This document shows positions 58,996-64,000 of a DNA stretch of 64,000 nucleotides, one piece after another (within the stretch, counting starts at the first letter, position 1; each line of letters opens with the position of its first letter). Below the pieces are notes generated by a model, which had not been told where the DNA came from, ran no database searches, and saw only the letters and a program-made list of their open reading frames with translations. Both the position numbers and the translations under genes were made by a program. Location of the stretch: assembly GCA_050633585.1 (NCBI GenBank), contig JBOEGT010000036.1:13951-77950 (forward strand). Direction: 5' to 3'. Source of the DNA: Arenicella sp. (lineage in GTDB: Bacteria; Pseudomonadota; Gammaproteobacteria; Arenicellales; Arenicellaceae).

Positions 58996-61632
58996 ATGAT
59001 TGACGCTTCTTCAGCTTCACAGGCTCCTCAACAAAATAACGCAATTTACCTCAAAGATTACCAAGCGCCCTTGTTTGATATTGAATCGGTTGATTTGCAA
59101 TTTGACTTAGTTGCTGGTCGGACATTGGTCACATCAGTGTTGAAAATAAAGGCGTTGTCTGAAAGTCGGCAACTTGTTTTAGATGGAGAACAGCTTGAAA
59201 TAGTCTCGATTCAATTGGATGGTAAGGACTTGTCGAGCGATCAATACCAGTATGAGGATAACCAGCTAAGGCTTCAGAATGTGCCAGAGTCGTTTGAGTT
59301 GCGAACTGTTGTGGCGATTGAGCCTGAGCAAAACACACAGTTGTCGGGTTTGTATCAATCGAGTGGAAATTATTGCACGCAGTGTGAGGCGGAAGGCTTT
59401 CGTCGTATCACCTTCTTTTTAGATAGGCCGGATGCATTAAGTGTCTTTACGGTAAAAATCATTGCTGATAAGGCTGATTTTCCGGTGTTGTTGGCCAATG
59501 GTAATCCGCAGGATAGTGGCGATTTAGAGAATGGTAAGCATTTTGCCGTATGGGATGATCCACACCCAAAACCTTCTTATCTATTTGCTTTAGTCGCAGG
59601 AAAATTAGAAAAAGTCAGTGGTGAATTTACCACTCAGTCTGGTGAGACAGTGGAATTGAATATTTTTGCTGAATCGCACAATGTTGATAAATGTGATTAC
59701 GCCTTAGGTGCCCTGGTGCGTTCTATGGAGTGGGATGAAAAAGTCTATGGCAGAGAATATGATTTAACGGTGTATAACGTCGTTGCTGTTGATGATTTCA
59801 ATATGGGGGCGATGGAAAACAAAGGCTTGAATGTCTTCAATTCTAAATACGTTCTCGCATTACCAGACACGGCCACAGACGGTGACTTTGAAGGTATTGA
59901 AAGCGTCATTGGTCATGAATATTTTCATAATTGGTCGGGTAATCGAGTGACTTGCCGTGATTGGTTCCAGCTGAGTTTAAAAGAAGGTTTCACCGTCTTT
60001 CGTGATCAAGAGTTTAGCGGCGATATGGGGTCACGTGGTGTGAAGCGTATTAATGATGTGAATATTTTACGCACACACCAATTCAAAGAAGATGCAGGAC
60101 CGATGGCGCACCCTGTCCGGCCGGCTTCCTATGAGGAAATTAATAACTTCTACACTGTCACGGTCTACAACAAAGGGGCTGAAGTGGTACGCATGTTGCA
60201 CAGCCTTTTAGGTGTGGAACTCTTTCGAAAAGGCACCGACCTATATTTTGATCGCCATGATGGGCAGGCTGTGACAACTGACGATTTTGTACAAGCGTTG
60301 GCAGATGCCAGTGGTCGAGACTTTACGCAGTTCAAGCGTTGGTACTTTCAGGCTGGCACACCGACATTGACGCTTTCAGAAACGTATGCGGGTGGTGTGT
60401 ATCGATTAACGATTGAACAATCTTGCCCACAAACGTCTGATATGCTCAATGAAGATGGCAGCGAAAAGTTCACAAAGCAACCGTTTCATATGCCACTAAG
60501 CATTCGATTGTTGTCAGAAAATGGCGTTGAACTGTTAGCTGAACAAGTCTTAGAGTTGACCGAGGAAAAGCAGACGTTCGAGTTCACAGATATTGTTTCT
60601 CGCCCCGTGCTTTCATTTTTACGCGGCTATAGTGCGCCAGTAAAAATTCAACGTGAACAAAGCAGTGAAGACTTAGATTGCTTGATTCGTTACGACAACG
60701 ACCCCTTTGTGCGCTGGGAAGCCATGCAACAACGTATGTTAAATGCCCTATTAGCGCAATACAAGAAAGGTAAAATTGCGACGCGTTTGCCAGAATCAAT
60801 GGGGATTTTGTTTCAGCAAATGTTAGCCGCCGCGGATGAAGAAGATCCCGCCATGTTAGCGGCTTTGATGATATTGCCTAACGAAAGCTATTTGTCGGGT
60901 TTTTGTGAACCTGTCGAACCACAGTTATTACGTGCTATCCGAGAATCATTTGCGGATTTGATTGCGATGGAATGTGAACAGTTACTCTTAGCAACGTATA
61001 TGAATCATCATAATCCTGATTATGAGCTGAATGGCTTAGAAGCCGGAAAGCGTGATTTAAAAAATGTCTGCCTGAGTTACTTAATGCGCCTTGATCAAGA
61101 GGCTTATTTTGACATTGCACAAGCTCAGTTTGATGCGGCCAATAATATGACGGACTCTTATGCGGCCATGAACGCATTGGTTAACTCCAGTTATGCTGAG
61201 AAACAAACAGTGTTAAGCGCGTTTTATGATCAGTGGCAAGACAATGCTTTGGTACTTGATAAATGGTTTACGGTCCAAGCCAGTGCGAGAAATACTGACA
61301 CCTTTGAGCAAGTCCAGCGTTTGTTTTCACATGCAGCGTTTAGCATGAAAAATCCGAATAAAGTGCGCTCCTTGCTGGGTGCTTTTGCGCAAAATATGGG
61401 TGGTTTTCATCGCAAAGACGGTGCCCCATATCAGTTTTATGCCGATCGAGTGTTAGAGCTCGATGCGATCAACCCGCAAGTGGCCGCTCGCATGGTAGGC
61501 GCGTTTAATTCATGGAAAGCATTTGATAAAGTGTTTGCCGATTTAATGGTCACCGAACTTCAGCGAATAGAAGCACACCCTGGACTTTCTAAAGACGTGA
61601 CAGAAATTGTTTCTAAAGCCTTAAAGCACTAG
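58996..61632 (+). CDS. pepN: aminopeptidase N
   Basis: 878 aa. M1 zinc-peptidase motifs GAMEN and HEYFHNWSGNRVT...E are present. Confidence 0.85.
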   Translation: MIDASSASQAPQQNNAIYLKDYQAPLFDIESVDLQFDLVAGRTLVTSVLKIKALSESRQLVLDGEQLEIVSIQLDGKDLSSDQYQYEDNQLRLQNVPESFELRTVVAIEPEQNTQLSGLYQSSGNYCTQCEAEGFRRITFFLDRPDALSVFTVKIIADKADFPVLLANGNPQDSGDLENGKHFAVWDDPHPKPSYLFALVAGKLEKVSGEFTTQSGETVELNIFAESHNVDKCDYALGALVRSMEWDEKVYGREYDLTVYNVVAVDDFNMGAMENKGLNVFNSKYVLALPDTATDGDFEGIESVIGHEYFHNWSGNRVTCRDWFQLSLKEGFTVFRDQEFSGDMGSRGVKRINDVNILRTHQFKEDAGPMAHPVRPASYEEINNFYTVTVYNKGAEVVRMLHSLLGVELFRKGTDLYFDRHDGQAVTTDDFVQALADASGRDFTQFKRWYFQAGTPTLTLSETYAGGVYRLTIEQSCPQTSDMLNEDGSEKFTKQPFHMPLSIRLLSENGVELLAEQVLELTEEKQTFEFTDIVSRPVLSFLRGYSAPVKIQREQSSEDLDCLIRYDNDPFVRWEAMQQRMLNALLAQYKKGKIATRLPESMGILFQQMLAAADEEDPAMLAALMILPNESYLSGFCEPVEPQLLRAIRESFADLIAMECEQLLLATYMNHHNPDYELNGLEAGKRDLKNVCLSYLMRLDQEAYFDIAQAQFDAANNMTDSYAAMNALVNSSYAEKQTVLSAFYDQWQDNALVLDKWFTVQASARNTDTFEQVQRLFSHAAFSMKNPNKVRSLLGAFAQNMGGFHRKDGAPYQFYADRVLELDAINPQVAARMVGAFNSWKAFDKVFADLMVTELQRIEAHPGLSKDVTEIVSKALKH

Positions 61633-61831
61633 TTTTTTGGGCTTTAGTTTGATTAATCAATCCGTGCGCATTTCTATTAGTGGAAATGCGTATATTTAAC
61701 TTGATTCAACTAAAGTGCTTTGTAAAGTTATTTAATGATTTCAAAAGGGTGCTGAGATAAAGTGAACGTATCAGAAAAACAAATCGAGCATGCCTTATAT
61801 GCAAATGTTATGCATCAATAAGAGAAGAAGT

Positions 61832-62170
61832 ATGAATACTATAGAAACTCCTGAAAGCTGGAATGAGCATGCTCCTTTAGTGATGGTCACAAATTTATGT
61901 ATTGGGCCAAACCGGGAGAGAATACGTTTCATTTTTCGGGAGGAGCCAAACAATGATGCGGACTCGGGCTGGGTATTTTTTTGTGGTTATGAGCCGCCCG
62001 GTTACGCTGATGATTCAAGTAATTTCTCAATATGTCCACTAAAAAGTATTCTGGAAATAGAGCCGGAATTAGCAGCATTAGTAAATTCGCCAATTGGCAG
62101 TGCATGGGAAAAAACTCCCGAAAGCACTGAATGGATTCAAGTAGATAACTTCCAGTACGAAGATGCATAA
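61832..62170 (+). CDS. hypothetical protein (cassette ORF 1)
   Basis: 112 aa from the internal ATG (MNTIETPESW). No family was recognised. Confidence 0.4.
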   Translation: MNTIETPESWNEHAPLVMVTNLCIGPNRERIRFIFREEPNNDADSGWVFFCGYEPPGYADDSSNFSICPLKSILEIEPELAALVNSPIGSAWEKTPESTEWIQVDNFQYEDA

Positions 62171-62271
62171 CAAGCGGCACCACGCAGACACCCAAACCTC
62201 CGCGGCTTTTGTGGTTTCGCGGCGCTCAACTTTAACACAAAAGCCACTCTGGTTTGGCCGCTGGTGTACCG
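62164..62271 (+). repeat. attC-like imperfect palindrome 1
   Basis: The left end GCATAAC overlaps the ORF stop. The inner arms are GGCTTTTGTG...CACAAAAGCC, and the outer arms (CGGCACCACGCAG...CCAAACC versus GGTTTGGCCGCTGGTGTACCG) are partly complementary. The right end is GTTAACT. Confidence 0.45.
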
Positions 62272-62289
62272 GGCGTTAACTGTACGAGT

Positions 62290-62568
62290 ATGAAAAATTT
62301 AGAAACTATAGCGAACGCGGGAAACACGGAAGTTCCATGTTACTTGGCAACTCAGTCATTGGGTTTTGATTTTTCGCGGATCAACGAAGGTGAAGACAAC
62401 GAAATGTGGATTGCGGAAAGTTCTGAATGTAGGTTTGTTGCTTCTAATCAATTAGAGTTGTTAGGTCTAATATACATGCGTAATCTGAGGGGGGCAGAGT
62501 GGAAGGCATCGGATGCCGAAATAGATGTCTATCTTAAACAATATTACCCCAAAGCACTGGAGAGTTAG
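62290..62568 (+). CDS. hypothetical protein (cassette ORF 2)
   Basis: 92 aa from the ATG at 62290 (MKNLETIANAG). Confidence 0.4.
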   Translation: MKNLETIANAGNTEVPCYLATQSLGFDFSRINEGEDNEMWIAESSECRFVASNQLELLGLIYMRNLRGAEWKASDAEIDVYLKQYYPKALES

Positions 62569-62579
62569 TCATGTGCCAG

Positions 62580-62673
62580 ATCACAGTTAACAAGCACATC
62601 AAGTTTGCCAGCAAAATCCGCTGGCCGGATTTCCCGCTGTGCTCCACTCCAGCCGCTTATGTGGGTGTTAGAC
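62580..62673 (+). repeat. attC-like imperfect palindrome 2
   Basis: The left arm GTTAACAAGCACATCAAG is the imperfect reverse complement of CTTATGTGGGTGTTAGAC. The inner repeat is GCCAGC...GCTGGC. It ends in the GTTAGAC core. Confidence 0.45.
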
Positions 62674-62688
62674 CTAGTGGAAAAAAAT

Positions 62689-63216
62689 ATGAATTTATCT
62701 AAAAGTCGCAAAGAAACAATCAGTACATATATCAAAGCAAAGGATGATAATAAACCACACTTAATGAAAGATGTTTTTGAAAATTCTGCAAGCTTAAGCA
62801 TGAAAGTGAAATCAGATGCAATTTCATTTCCCTCTGAATCACAAGGGTTAGATTCTATCACCAATATTTTGGTTAGTGATTTTAGTCAAAAATATGAAAA
62901 TGTGTATACATTTTGCATGAGTGATTCAATAATGTTTGATGAAGAAAACACGCTGTGCAAATGGGTTGTGGTGATGACAGACAGGAAAGAAGGTAATATA
63001 CGAGTTGGATTTGGTGGTTATAAATGGGTTTTTAATAACGATCTAGTAAAGCAATTAACGATATCAATTGAATATATGATCGCATTGGAAAAGATGCAAA
63101 GTGAAGAGATATTTCTATGGACAAATAAGAAGAATTACCCATGGTGTGATTCTGGTGAGTTTCTTAAAGGGGTACCTGAATCTATTTCTTTTTTGGCGAA
63201 TGGTCTAACAAGCTAG
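62689..63216 (+). CDS. hypothetical protein (cassette ORF 3)
   Basis: 175 aa from the ATG at 62689 (MNLSKSRKETI). The upstream part of the track ORF lies within the palindrome. Confidence 0.4.
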   Translation: MNLSKSRKETISTYIKAKDDNKPHLMKDVFENSASLSMKVKSDAISFPSESQGLDSITNILVSDFSQKYENVYTFCMSDSIMFDEENTLCKWVVVMTDRKEGNIRVGFGGYKWVFNNDLVKQLTISIEYMIALEKMQSEEIFLWTNKKNYPWCDSGEFLKGVPESISFLANGLTS

Positions 63217-63272
63217 TTGTATGAGACGCATTAAACGTGCGCTCCACAATAGAGTGTTAAGTGTAAAAAATT

Positions 63273-63866
63273 ATGAAAATTATTATAAGTTTAGTTTTAT
63301 TTTTCTATCCTTTAGTTTCTTTAGCTAATCCAGTATTAGATGTAATTGCTGAGTTAGACATACCTGAAGAAGATTTTGAATATTATTGGGGCAGCTCCTG
63401 TAATCCTAATTGGCAACGAAAAATCCCTGTTACCCTATTAAAAGATGAATCTTTGCTTTATTTTAGAGGAATACAAACTGGAATGATGGCTGTAGAAAAA
63501 TATGATTCAGAGTTTGCTTGGCTAACGCTAGGTGAAAAATGCGAAGCACTAAATAATTATTATTTTCATGGTAATACTAATATTGGTCTAATTTCTAGTT
63601 TTATTGAACAAGATAAATTATTTAAAACTCAATATAGTCATAGTGCATTAGATGCATGGTCAATTGAAAAATATGGAGCTATGTCAATGAATGGGAAACT
63701 AAACGAAAGAATATTTAAACTTTGTCAAATACTAGAAAAGAAGGGTTTGCTGAGAATTATTGTAAGAAATAGTACTTTCAACGGAAAGCCTTCTAAATCG
63801 TATAAAAATAAATTGACGGCAGATGGACTGGTGCTTGACAAGGCATTGCAGCGGACAAGCCGCTGA
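63273..63866 (+). CDS. secreted hypothetical protein (cassette ORF 4)
   Basis: 197 aa with a signal peptide (LVSLA-NP). Coding is AT-rich. Confidence 0.4.
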   Translation: MKIIISLVLFFYPLVSLANPVLDVIAELDIPEEDFEYYWGSSCNPNWQRKIPVTLLKDESLLYFRGIQTGMMAVEKYDSEFAWLTLGEKCEALNNYYFHGNTNIGLISSFIEQDKLFKTQYSHSALDAWSIEKYGAMSMNGKLNERIFKLCQILEKKGLLRIIVRNSTFNGKPSKSYKNKLTADGLVLDKALQRTSR

Positions 63867-63888
63867 ATCCGGCGCTAGGAGCATCAAT

Positions 63889-64000
63889 ATGTACAAGATA
63901 GTAATAATTGCCACTCTTCTATTTTCATCAAATGCTTTTGCAGAGAATTATTATGGCTGGGCAGGAAGTTGTGAGGAGATAATTTACAATTTTGATTTTC
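63889..64000 (+). CDS. secreted hypothetical protein, N-terminal fragment (continues beyond the window)
   Basis: The ATG at 63889 is followed by a signal-peptide-like MYKIVIIATLLFSSNAFA. Confidence 0.3.
   Translation, partial: MYKIVIIATLLFSSNAFAENYYGWAGSCEEIIYNFDF

Larger units (their letters stand above)
61807..64000 (+). mobile_element. putative integron-type gene-cassette array (CALIN-like; no intI in window)
   Basis: Four or more small AT-rich orphan ORFs are each preceded 15-20 bp upstream by a GTTRRRY-like 7-mer (GTTATGC, GTTAACT, GTTAGAC, GTTAAGT). They are separated by GC-rich imperfect palindromes of 95-110 bp. Confidence 0.4.

Noticed and set aside
1-64000. Transposases, IS elements, phage integrases, CRISPR arrays and rRNA genes.
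   Set aside because: None were found. No DDE or tyrosine-recombinase-like ORFs were seen, there are no regularly spaced repeat arrays, and there are no rRNA-like conserved segments.

Overview
This window is 64 kb of a marine-type gammaproteobacterial chromosome with moderate GC. Most of it is a dense, syntenic carbon-acid utilisation region. It is built around five paralogous TakP/DctP-family TRAP substrate-binding proteins. Two have cognate DctQM permeases and three are orphans. The catabolic modules are: malate synthase G with glcG-glcDEF (glycolate); an lrgAB pair; a glycerate/tartronate-semialdehyde module (enolase-superfamily enzyme, hyi, glxR, P-loop GLYK-type kinase); dctP-lutABC (lactate); and oadGAB (Na+-pumping oxaloacetate decarboxylase). 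Regulators present are a Cache-sensor HisKA_3/NarL two-component pair, two GntR/FadR regulators and two LysR regulators. The two GntR regulators have recognisable palindromic operator motifs that recur at distant promoters. The second half of the window is more accessory. It holds a DUF897 permease with a P-II-like protein (SbtA/SbtB-like) and an operon of a TM-less SPFH protein, RtcB RNA ligase and an unknown 311-aa protein. That operon abuts a tRNA-like gene with anticodon CAU and a defective acceptor stem. Beyond the tRNA lies a solitary vanadium-haloperoxidase/PAP2-superfamily gene (about 690 aa) flanked by large AT-rich noncoding DNA. Further on are a LysR-tautomerase-YdcZ unit, thpR-rnaAM, pepN, and finally a run of small AT-rich orphan ORFs. 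These ORFs are separated by GC-rich imperfect palindromes about 95-110 bp long that end in GTTRRRY-like cores, and no integrase is present in the window. This looks like an integron-type gene-cassette array. No CRISPR arrays, transposases or rRNA genes were seen. All calls rest on reading the sequence and ORF translations only.
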